Part shown: positions 23,929 through 35,214 of the stretch, piece by piece
Numbering within the stretch: position 1 is the stretch's first letter
Layout of the letters: every line of letters begins with the position of its first letter
Origin: Yuukianura sp. NJ FZ-2021
Lineage: Eukaryota
Direction of reading: 5' to 3'
Length of the DNA: 64,000 nt
Assembly (NCBI GenBank): GCA_046563655.1
Contig: CM102284.1
Location: 3,348,001 to 3,412,000, forward strand
Position numbers and translations under genes: made by a program
The notes under the pieces: generated by a model
Told to the model about the DNA's origin: nothing
The model's database searches: none
The model's input: the letters and a program-made list of their open reading frames with translations, nothing else

Positions 23929-26900
23929 ATGGACGGGTTCAAGGACGAAGAAGGTCAGAATCTAACTGGAAGCAATGACGAATTCTTTGCGGAAATGGAC
24001 TTAGGGGACGCAGATGAGTCGGAAGTAGTAGAAGATATCATTGCCAAATTTGACAATGAGGGACAACTTAGAGCTTTGGAGGATGAAAAGGGAAAACCGA
24101 AGCTTCCGGTTGGGTTGCCAGTGCCTTCGGGGCAAAATCCAGTACGCAGATTTCGAAAGCTGTATGTCGCTCCGTCATTTTCTCCATCCGAGCTCTTCGG
24201 GAGATCTCGAGGTAACAATTCGTTCTTATTTTTTGAGGTTAGCACTCGGAGACAGATTGTTTGCGTATCTGCGCACTTTCTGCTAATCCACTTACATATG
24301 CTGCTTGTTATTTCAATTTCAGTTTCATCGAATTAAGTTTATATCCTAACCTTACTTATGAATACTCCGTTAATAAGTTTTGCATGTGTTTTAAAGCGAT
24401 GCCAAGGGTAACGGGGAAAAGGGATGCCGAAACTATGCTGTGTTCCAAGGTTCAGAAGTTGTCCACTGCACGGAAGCGACCTCGACGGTCCTCTCGAATC
24501 GCCAATAATAAGGCTGAGTTTAACTTGAACGACAGAATACGGAATCTGTGGGAAACCAAGATCGGGAAGATATTTAAATCGGGTGCTACAACCGTATCGC
24601 CTAAATTGGCACTGGACTCCCTCAAGGACATTTACACAGTCCATTGGGAAGAAATGTTGACACAGCCACAGGAAACGAGGATCAGCAACTTCATTGAACT
24701 TGCTCGAGGTAAGAAAAAATCGCATTTTGCCTAGAAACTTCTTTCAGTGCTCGTTTGTTGGGTAAATACTATTTATTAACGTTTCCAATTTGATTTAGGT
24801 TGTCTTCAATCGATTAGCGGAATGTTTTTCACTACACTTCTACACGCATCATCGTTGAACATTAGCATCGCAGATTGGAATGCCCAACTCTATAGAAAGA
24901 TTGCGGAGAAAAATACAGTTATTGTAAGTTTGGGTTTATTTTTATAGTTGGTTGATTATTGTGGATAACTTAGGTTCCGTTTTCATACAATGTTTGATTT
25001 ATCACAATAATTATAGGATTACTGGAGCGTGTACAAGTTATGTGCAACGGCCACTCCGCCAGAATTTGATGAAAGTAGTAATTGGGGTCTGAAACCCCTT
25101 CGGAACAGTCTGAGTATTCCGTACTTCAAAGACTGGCATATGCGCATTGCTGCTCCTCAGATTTTTCAGAAAGAGCCTTCGACGAATCTCATCACTACAA
25201 TTATGGCCATGAAGAAGAAATGTAAGCACACCGCATACAATGTTTTAAAGCAAACGTTAGGCATATGACCGATTTTCGGGTTACAGGGACTGTGAAAGAC
25301 GTCGCCAAACTACGACAAAGTATTTTGAAGACTGTTTTGGAAAAAATGTTGGGCGAGGCGAAGGACCTTGCTGGCATTATGAATTCGCTTTTGCAGAATG
25401 CAAACGCTACGGAAGCTACCGAGGGTGAGGAAACTTTGAAGCAAGTAAACCAGAAAACAAAGACTTGGGAAGAACGGAACAAAGAAAGATTCAAAAAACC
25501 TGGTCGTGGTCGCAAAGCTTCGAATAATCAACGTCTCCCGGCAAAGAAAAAGACGACTCGGACCAAAAAGGCTGAAGATGAAACCGTTGTTGATCACCCC
25601 GGATTTGAAGAGTTGCCCATTTCGCTGAGGGCCTGCAAAAATTTCTCCGAAGTTCGAAACTGGTTGCAAAAAGAGAACAAGCGAATCTCGCAATTGAAGT
25701 ATGATCAAATTTTTAGCGAGAACTCGATTGAAGACATCGATTGGAACATTGTTTCCGCAGAATTGGTAAAAAAAAAAACAATTTGACTCATTTACATCTA
25801 TTCTTTGCTAAGAAATTGAAAAAAACATAAATAATTTGGAGTTTTAATGAGTAATTTTAATTCCAAGATGAACCGGACCAAGAAGCTTCGAGTGCCAGAA
25901 GACTGCAAAAGTTGTTTCGAACACATCGCAAATCCAGCGTATGAGAATAAGCGCCATTGGAGCACAGCGGAAAAAAACATTTTGAAGGTACAAAACTCGA
26001 ATTTCTATTGCTTCCAGAAATAGAAATTTTCGTTTTCCTCAATTTAGAAATACGCAGCGAATTCCCTAGAATGGAAAAACGTATCTGCACATTTGCCGAA
26101 ACCTAGGCCGGAGTTTGTAGTTTTTTACAAATGGCGGAAGATCTGCAAGTCTGCGCATAAGATGGTCTGGACAAAGGAGTTGGAAGACACACTTCGCGAA
26201 GTTGTCAAAACTTCTACTTGGGACAAAGCTGCAGTCGAAGTCAACGACTACTTTGCAACCAAGAAGCAAGTTCAGGAACGGTAAGTACAAATTGCATTCC
26301 CTTTCTTTCTTGTTTCTCATTCCGTGTCATTTACTCGATTGTCTTCCAGTTTCAAGAAAGCGTTGAATCCTGTCCTACACTTTGGAAAATTTACACGAGT
26401 TGAAGACTGTCTGATGATGTTGACCCTGGAGAAACTCAAAGGTCACTTTGGAAGAGAGAAACACTTTGGAATCATGACAGCATATCTGCCCTGGAGATAC
26501 GAGTCGGCTTGGCGGGACAGAGCCGAAAATCTATTTGCGGAGTACATCGTTCCTTGGACTCTGTAGATTTTGAAAAAAATGGAATTTATTTTAATTGCCA
26601 AGTTTTTGCTGAAAATTGAAGTTGTTTTTGAATGATTTTCACAGGGAAGAAGACAGAATGCTTCTGGAATTTGAAAAAACGATGAAGCGGGACTGGAGTC
26701 AAATTTCGAAGAAGTTTACCTCCTTCAAGACACGAAAAGGCTGTTTGACTCGCCATAAGATTCTGGAAAAGCGACTCAAAACTGGAATTTCCTTGGAAGA
26801 TGTAACCTTAAATTGAATTTCATGAATCATTCTGTTGAACGCTAACATTCAAAGCAATTTATACTTGAAATTTCTAGTATCACAACTCTTATGCCATGAT

Positions 26901-27520
26901 TCGCTACAACACTCGAGAGTACCGACACTTGAAGGACATTTCGGCGCTGCTGAATGAGGTCATGAAGGTGGACCCAATTGAGTTTCATGGATTTGCTCGA
27001 GATCGTCCTCCGACTGCAGATGAGTTGCAAAATTTCTTGTTATCGTTTGATCGCGTAGTGATGGCTTCGGCCATTCGAATGATTGACACGTACATTGGAA
27101 AGAGAGACGAATTCTGGACTGAATGGCGTAAGAAAAATGGAGTGGGTCCAGTTCAGAAGAGGAAGACGCACGACAGACGTAACTTTCAAAACTAAACTTC
27201 AAACTTACATTGATATTACTAATCCTACCTAATGCTAAGAAATTGAAAGTTGTAAGAACTTTTGTTGATGCTTAGGTACTTTCCATCCCGAGAACACGCA
27301 AAGTATTGCGTCTGCTTTGCACATTCGTGACGTGAAGCTCATTCCACGGGAGAAATTGACTTTCAAGTTGACCCAGCGTGAACAAGAAATCTACAAGTTT
27401 TATGGACAGTTTTGTTCTACTAAGGCACTAAAGAGGGACAAACCGCGCCCTTACATTCCATTGGCTGCTAAACTCAAGGCCCTTCCTGATGTTAAGCGAA
27501 TTGTTCAAAAAGGTGGTTAA
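23929..27520 (+). CDS. SNAPC4: Myb-repeat protein, most similar in architecture to snRNA-activating protein complex subunit 4 (SNAP190); multi-exon
   Basis: Approximate exons 23929-24211, 24396-24707, 24799-24923, 25017-25221, 25287-25765, 25868-25987, 26069-26280, 26350-26561, 26645-about 26801, about 26878-27178, 27276-27520. Motifs IPYFKD, DIDWNIVS, IANPAYENKRHWSTAEK, WTKELEDTL, LNPVLHFGKFTRVED, WRDR and WTLEEDRMLL...RDWSQIS...RKGCLTRHKIL parallel the SNAPC4 Myb-repeat series. Confidence 0.65.
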
Positions 27521-27835
27521 GATAACTACCAATTTCTGTAACGCGAGTATTTTCTGTAATGGACTACATGACTCGGACTTTGACTTTTGACATTGACTCC
27601 TCCAGTAGATGAAAATAGTACCAATGAATTAGATTTACTATGTTATACTAAAAGACGTAGTATTTTCAAATATACAATTTTCATGTACTGTGTGGGTTCC
27701 GGGGGTGGTGGCGCTTATTTAATTTTTGGTGGCTCATTCGATAGTTCGCTCGTTGGCATTCCAGAAATATTTTGGTGGGAATGGTGCATCGAGTGCATTT
27801 ATTCAAAAGAATCAAATAATCTTACCATCTAGCTC

Positions 27836-28969
27836 TCAAAGGTGTAAAATTGGTTCCAACTGTTTGGTGACATGTTGAATGAGTTCTTCTGGAATAGGGT
27901 TTTTACATAGTTCCACTTTTTCAATGAATTTTAATGCTGCAGGGTAAAGTAGACTGGCTCGCATTGGCTCGCTTTCTTTCCAGGCAATGGAATGGTGCTG
28001 AACTTTGTCCATGACTCCAGTGGCTTCCAAATGCTCTATGCCATGTTTAGATTCAGCCAGAATCGACAGGATTTCTAGTCCATTCAGTTGCTCCAAAGGA
28101 TCTTCCGATGAAAAGCTGATTTCAGTGAGTGGCTTAACCAGAAGGTGATGATGATCTTCAAGGCGACGTAAGTTGTTCGGTGAAAAGTTGGCAAATCTGC
28201 AAAGCGTCTCGTACAGGCGGAGTTTTATGACCTCTCGTGTCCTAGGTGAGTTTAGGATAGTTTTGAAGGATTGTATGCCTGCGACTCCAAGGAGGAAGTT
28301 AGATCCACTGGACGTCTGAACCAAATCCAACAGGAAGAGTTCTGCTGCTTTGTATACTTTGAGATCATCGGAAGTAAATTGGTTGATGGAAGCGATAATC
28401 AAGTCCTGATACTCACTGCAGAGGACATTGACACTCTCCTCGGAAAACTTCACACAGTACTGAAGCTGCAAAAAAATAGATTATGAGTTTGACTGGTTCC
28501 TAAATCAATGTCTTTTGACTAATAGTACCTGAGCAAGCACTAAAGTGCGGACGGATTCCCTTGGATGTTGCAATCCTTGAAGAACTGCATCGTGATACTT
28601 TTCCAGGATTTGGGTTGGATCCAGAATTTGCATTAGAGTATTCAAGATTCCACACACTGCAGAAATTTCTTCCCTGAAATAAAGATAACGTTCAACGTGT
28701 TAGACACTACGACTACGCCAGATTACCGTTGAATCAAAACGTCACTTGACTTACTCATCATCACTAGCGAGCCATTCAAAAAGAGATTCGAGTGACATGT
28801 CACCAACTTCCTCCATCAATTCAGCTCTGCTGGAGAACTTACTCATGGCAGTCCTCAAGTTTCCCAGCAACTCCTTTCGTTGTTGAGCATCTTCACTTCT
28901 GTTATCAATTTCCTTCAGAAGGAGGTTTAAGGCCGTCTTTGGTTCGGAGTCCGACTGGTCCATTTTCAT
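27836..28969 (-). CDS. PSMD5: 26S proteasome non-ATPase regulatory subunit 5 (S5b/Hsm3-type assembly chaperone)-like; about 329 aa, shorter than typical
   Basis: Exons 28969-28755, 28673-28529, 28465-27836. Motifs LQGLQHPRESVRTLVLAQL, EVIKLRLYE, EDPLEQLNGLEILSILAESKHGIEHLEATGV and LLYPAALKF resemble the PSMD5 HEAT/ARM repeats. Confidence 0.72.
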
Positions 28970-29042
28970 GATTTTACAATGAAACTGAAAAATAATGATG
29001 AAAATCATAAAAACAATGTTAATATACATGTTCAATTTTTGG

Positions 29043-29890
29043 GTTAGATTTCCGTTTCTGGGGCCATGAAACTTTTTTCTAAGTTTTTTGGTCAAAATTT
29101 TCGAAAAAATTTTTTTTCGTTTTTTTCACTTTTTATCATGTTTCAAACGTTTTTGGAACGTTTGGAGCAAAAAAAAATTTTTGACCCCAAGGGTCCCCCC
29201 TTCCCATTTTTTTGAGAATCGGGACTCGAAAATTTTCAAAGTACAAAAACTGATGTGGTCACCCCTGACAACCTCAAAAATGACCCTTACGAAAGTTGTT
29301 CCGAATCTTGAGGGGAGTATTTCTTGTCCTATGGACTATAACCCTACGACCACTCCCTGAGGTCAGAGGTCAACGCAAACATTTCACCATATTTTCTTTG
29401 GGTTGACCTCTGACCTCAGGGTGTGGTCGTAGGGTCATAGTCCATAGGACAAAAAATACTCCACTCGGTAGGAGTAAGGTTGATGGTGCCAATGCCCGTA
29501 GTGTTATTTACATTATTGAGGATAGGTTAGGTTTAAAAAGTGCGGAAAAATGTTATCTAACTTGCCACATTTAACATGGCAAAAGAGCATTGGCACCATC
29601 AGCCTTACTTCACCCCTCCACTCATGATTCTGAACAACTTTCATAAGGGTCATTTTTGAGATTGTTAGGGGTCCCCACTTCACTTTCCGGACTTAGAAAA
29701 TTTTTGACTCCAGAATTTCAAAAAAATGGGAAGGGGGGACCCTTGGGGTCAAAAATTTTTTTTTGCTCCAAACGTTCCAAAAACGTTTGAAACATGATGA
29801 AAAGTGAAAAAAACGAAAAAAAATTTTTTCGAAAATTTTGACCAAAAAACTTAGAAAAAAGTTTCATGGCCCCAGAAACGGAAATCTAAC
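29043..29890. mobile_element. Foldback/MULE-like non-autonomous element, about 270-bp TIRs, with 8-10 bp TSD (CAATTTTTGG)
   Basis: 29043-about 29312 is the reverse complement of about 29621-29890 (outer about 170 bp near-identical, inner part more diverged). Direct repeat CAATTTTTGG at 29033-29042 and 29891-29900. No transposase ORF. Confidence 0.9.
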
Positions 29891-30549
29891 CAATTTTTGG
29901 CCGTTTCTTACCCCTGGTTTTTGGTCTTCTGTGAAGTCGCAGTCAAGCAGAGGTCAAAAGGTCATACAAACTGGATACTGGAATTGGAGTTGATCTTTGA
30001 TCGATGTTGCAGTAAAACTACTAAAAACACGAAACGACGATAAATTCAAGACAAGCAGATGAGTTGCCCCCGTTCCCTCCCTACCTGTCTCGTCTGTCGT
30101 CACTCAATTTTTCAAAGGGATGAGTTGCACAACATTCGGTTTCGCGCCTATGCAACTTATCCGTAAAACGCTAGACTGGAAATTGACAATTTAATTTAAT
30201 AAGCTCATCATTAATCGATTAATCACAACATCTAAACCACACTGCAGCATCTTCGAAACATATCAAATTCCCTTACACTCCTGGTTTAATCAGTATATCA
30301 CTATCACACAGGTATTTTAACACTGAATAGTAAAAACATTGTTAAAATGTGAAAATTAAATCAGTAAATTGACAATTTTGTTTGCAAAAACTTTGAGAGA
30401 TTCGTTGAGCGTCCGGAAACAACCACCACCATATCAATATTCCAGCACCACAACATTTTAGAAGTTTTTAGAATATGTAGCCGAATGTCTTCATGGAATC
30501 CCAGATTTTTACCACATACCACTGTCGACAAATTCTGCCAATTTAATCT

Positions 30550-31441
30550 TCAGTTGGTCGCTTTCGTTCCCAGAATCCATTCCAATTCCCCACCAGGATT
30601 CTGCACTCGTCCGATTGGAAAATCATCGCCATTTTGAATTTTCTGTACACAAAATAATTTCAAAATCAAATCAGTCTACTTACACTCAGTGTTAAACGTC
30701 ACAGCAAGCAATTTAGTTACCTTTGCGATATCAAATTTTTGCTCTCCAATTCCAACAACCAAAACTTGAGCTGCTTTGTTGATAAACGGATATGTTAATG
30801 TGATGCGTTTAGGTGGTGGTTTAGGCGAATCTTCTAGGAATGTAATCCAGGAATCAGTGACGTCCAAAGCCGGATGATTTGGAAACAGCGAACAAGTGTG
30901 GCCATCAGGACCAAGGCCCAGCAGGAGACAATCTGCCATTCCATAACTGGCATCAGATGGATCTTGTGACCAACATGATCGAAGTTTCTGTTCATAGTCA
31001 ACTGCAACGTCGTGACTGGATGGTAAGTCTACGTTCGCCATCAGAAGGTTTTCAATTGGAAAATTGGGAAGTTTAGACATGAGGAACTTCTGGTACAATC
31101 CTCCAGTTGATTCCGGATCACTTTCAGGTACAATTCGTTCATCACATAGGAAGATCTTCCAAGACTTCCAGTCAGTAGTAAGGGATCCAAGTCCATTTTC
31201 CGCAGACAGCAGATTTATCAAGGAACCACCTATAAAGAACAGCAGTTTTAAAAACAGCATTCTGCTTTTAGCGTGTAGTAAGTAAATTGTTTGAATCAGA
31301 TCGCTTACCGGATACTCCAAGTAAAAACGTTCCACGTGAAGTGATTGCCTCAGTAGCCACTGCTTCGATTTTGTTCATGAGGTAAGGAACCAATTCATTT
31401 TCAGGTAACGAAGTAATTTTAAGTTTACCTGTTACCGACAT
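30550..31441 (-). CDS. PGLS: 6-phosphogluconolactonase
   Basis: Exons 31441-31309, 31229-30721, 30642-30550 (TGA). Motifs LGVSGGSL, WKIFLCDERIVP, LLLGLGPDGHTCSLFPNHP, DSPKPPPKRITLTYPFIN. Confidence 0.95.
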
Positions 31442-32687
31442 CGCGGAATTCGTCTTTCCCTAGAATAAAAAAGTGATCCCGAAATCCGAATTTCAAGTGC
31501 TCAAACAGATTCAGCGCAAAACAAGCCATATCTTACCTTGAACCGTGTTTACAAAGTTCCGATTGTCAGTATTCAGTAATCGTACTTAATTGAAATGTTA
31601 ACTTTACTAATTGAATTTTTTGAAGTGAAATAATGATTTATGCGAAGATGATGAGGACGAGGAGGTGATGATTTACCGAATCCAGTGAAGTTGGATTTGG
31701 ATTGAACTTTGGGGTGAATGAGGGTACAAAAATTGTGCAACAAAATTCTCAGCACCAAAAATAAGAACGCCGGATTGTAAGAAAATACACGACCCAATAA
31801 AAATATTAAGTAGCGAGTTGCAAAATCTAAATTCCAATTTACCAAACGGTTTTTACTAAAACTAATTAATTACTTACTATGTTCTCAAAAAGCGAAAAAA
31901 ATATTTCAACTGCACACATAAAGATGCATGTTATATGTTAACTCTTTTCTCAAAAGACAGGTTTTTGGTTCTTAAATTTTGTTTGATTATCTTTTCAAAA
32001 AGTTTTACAACTTCTAGGTTAGATTTTGAAAACTGGCATTTTATTTCAGAAAAAAAGTTAGCATGTGGGGAATTTCTCATTTTTAAAAGTTTAAAAAAAA
32101 TTAATTAAGGTTTAGGAAAACGTACTACAAAAAAAAATGAAAAAAAATGTGCGGGGCCACTTTTACCCTTGAGTTATTTACGTTTTTAACTCAAATGTTT
32201 AATTTTTGATGTTTCAAGCAACACTTTTCTTCGAATCAACCGTTTATCTTTGTCATCCTGGCCCCGTTTAGAAAATAATTAATGTCAGTTCGCTTTTTTC
32301 TCTCAATAAATTGCACAGTTTATTTTTAATCTGTCGAATTGTGGAAGTTGTTTGACGCAATTTACATAAGGAGCTTAGTAATTTCGTTTTTTAAACGAAA
32401 TTAACTAGGACATAAAGATAAAGTTATAGATGTAAAAGTTTGAGGATGGATTTTGCATTTTCTAGAAGTTTATGATCCAAAACTGGAACCTGCTTGAGAG
32501 AGAAATTAGCAAGTTTGTAGAAGCAACTAAATGAACAAAATAAAATTGAGAGGAAAATTAACTTACATATTATTTCGTAATTTATTATGTATTATTTCAC
32601 TTGTTTCAAGGATTATCTAAGTTGGGATATAACAGGTTTGCGTCTATTGCATTCAGAACTTTTTTTTTATTTGTATTTTACTTAATT

Positions 32688-35214
32688 TCATGTTTGGAGT
32701 TTCTTCCGTGGAAAATGAGTTCGTGTGGCTTTGGACTCAGGACAATCGTGGGCCTTGGTGTCAAACTTGGCTTCGGAGCTTTTGGATTTGTAGTGACACG
32801 AAAATTTTGGAAAAGACTGAAAAGAGTTAAAACACAATTGTGACAAAAGAAATAAGCTTCAGTTTAACTTTCTCCTTGATTGCAATCAATTTACCCGGTA
32901 GTGAAAAGAAACAGTTCATCTTTTGCCAATTTTTCCCCTAAAAATTGGACAAAAAAATTTTTTTTAAACAAAATTCAGAATTTAAATTATACATTGTCAT
33001 TACCAATACAAACTCTTTTTCCATACGAAAAGGGAATGAAGGCTTCATTTGACCTGTTCACTCCACCGTTTGAGTCTAAGAATCTTTCAGGCCGAAAATT
33101 TTCTGGATCGCCCCAAATTTCAGGATCGTGCAACACTTTGTAAAGGTTGGGTGTGAAAACCGTGTCCTTCGGGATACGATATCCAGCGATAGTCATGTCT
33201 GCCGTTAGGCTGTGCATTACACCAAGTGGCAAAACCGCAACCGATCGAAGCACTTCCATGATCACGCACTCCGTATACGGCAACTTCGCGCGGTCACTTA
33301 ATGCAGGCATTTTGGTTGGTCCGATGGCCTGGGAAATTTCTTCAGCCATTTTCTCTTGGATATCCGGAAATAGAGCCATGTGGAGACAGATCCAAGTCAG
33401 CGTGGTGCTGGTCTGTTGAGGCAAAGGTTAAAGGTTATGTGCTACTAGGGGTGTGAATCTTCAACACTTTTTAGAAATCCGGATGTCGGATTTTTACGGA
33501 TTTGGATTTAAAAATCCGGATAAAAGACCGGATTTCCACTGAAATAGTATTTTTCATGAGAAGATTGTCTCGTTTTTCAAAATTATCAAAAACGTCGATT
33601 TTAAACTACAAGAACCAAAAAAGTTTATAATAACTGTCCTCAGAAGTGCTCATCCTTTTTGATTAAACTTATATTTTCTTATACTAAATTTTTCCTTTTC
33701 CGACACCAATTTTGCAATGGTCCATACATTTACATGAAACGAGAAATCCGTCAAATCCGGATTCCGTGTTTTTGAAATCCGGATTTGGAATAATCCGAAT
33801 CAGTGGAAAATCCAGATAAAAAATCAGAATTTATAGCCCTATGTGCTACGCCCTTGAAATATCACAATAAAGAATCTTACGGTTTCAGATCCAGCCATGA
33901 ACAAGTCTTCTAAAGTTTTGATGACAGATGCTTCTAAAATTTAGAAAAATTTCAATTTCAATGATGTTATGAGCAAATTGGTTCTGACCATGACTTTTAC
34001 CTCCTTCGTCCTTGTAAAAAGAAGAACCCGGGTCAGTGGTTGCAGTTACTTCTTCTATCATGACGTCCAGAAGGTCACGTGGGTGTCCGGGAACCAACGT
34101 TGCCTCATGAGCCTTGTACTCTTCGGTGACAAATTCACACAGCGTTTTATTTGAAAACACAACGTCATTGTAACCAGTAAGGGCCGGAAACCATTTGAGC
34201 AACGTCGGAAAAAAGAATACTAATGGACTTCCAGCCGAAAATGCGCTGTGTGGCAATAATCATGAAGAAAATCAGCTTCAAAGACTTTTTCAAAATCAAT
34301 TTGATTATTTTGATTTTTTTAAAATTTTACTCAATCACTGATGCGATGAGCTTTCCAAGCTTCGGATCATTCTGTGAAACTTGACTTCCAGTGCAAATTC
34401 TCCACAACGAATTTACCACCGCTTTGTACAAAATTAGACAAACACAAAGCAAAATTGAATAAACTTGATCCAAACTCCTCAATACAAGTTTTCTATGGCT
34501 TGTGCTTAAAACGTTCGAACGCACTATATATTTGTTTTGAATTAGTACCTGCGTTGAAGAGTCCACGCGTGTTGACGGGAACTCCTGTACGCTTGCGCAT
34601 TCCTTCCAAAAACTCTTGCATTTCATCCTGGATTATCCCCTCCATTGAACTTTTTCCAAAACCAAAATCCCGCAAATTTTTAAGTGCAAATCGACGCTGC
34701 TCACTCCACTGTTGCAGTTCACTTGTAAGAAGTCCTCGGGCATAAGTTGCTCCGGGACCAGCTCGTTCTAAGAATATGATAAATCTGGGTCTTCCCGCCA
34801 ACGACGGTTCATTTAGACACTGTTTGATCAGTTTGAGGTCATCCACTACAATGGAACGGTATGACCCATAGTCAATACTAAAAATACAACCATATTTTTG
34901 ACCCATTTTGACAAACGTCTTCCATGGTTCCTCCCATCCAATCTGCAGCAAATTTCCAATAATTGGCAAAGGACGAGGACCTAAGTACATCATTTATTTT
35001 TAAGAATCTAAGTTTCTTAAAAATCTTTTAAGTTAGCGAGAATTTTGAATTTATTTTATATGGATCTTGTTTTCTAGAAATAAAAACTCAAGCTTGATTA
35101 AAGTTTGGACTTACCCGGAGGAAATCCCTTTGGCCTTTGATTTTTAGCAATAGCTAGCCAAACAATTGCAAGAACAAATGTAATTCCACTAATCACAATT
35201 AAAGTAACTGCCAT
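32688..35214 (-). CDS. Cytochrome P450, CYP2 clan (microsomal), multi-exon
   Basis: N-terminal anchor MAVTLIVISGITFVLAIVWLAIA followed by FPPG/PRPLPIIGNL; C-helix WSEQRRFALKNLRDFGFGK; I-helix DLFMAGSET/TSTTL; EVLR (ExxR); PERF; heme motif FSYGKRVCIG; stop at 32690-32688. Confidence 0.93.
33446..33841. mobile_element. Non-autonomous hAT-like element (396 bp) in P450 intron, 8-bp TSD TGTGCTAC
   Basis: TGTGCTAC at 33438-33445 and 33842-33849; imperfect TIRs TAGGGGTGTGAAT...ATTTATAGCCCTA; clustered subterminal AATCCGGA/TCCGGATT words at both ends. Confidence 0.8.

Noticed and set aside
30550-31441. Possible horizontally transferred bacterial PGLS
   Set aside because: Has spliceosomal introns and eukaryote-type motifs (GHTCSLFP, DSPKPPP); no evidence for HGT from sequence alone.
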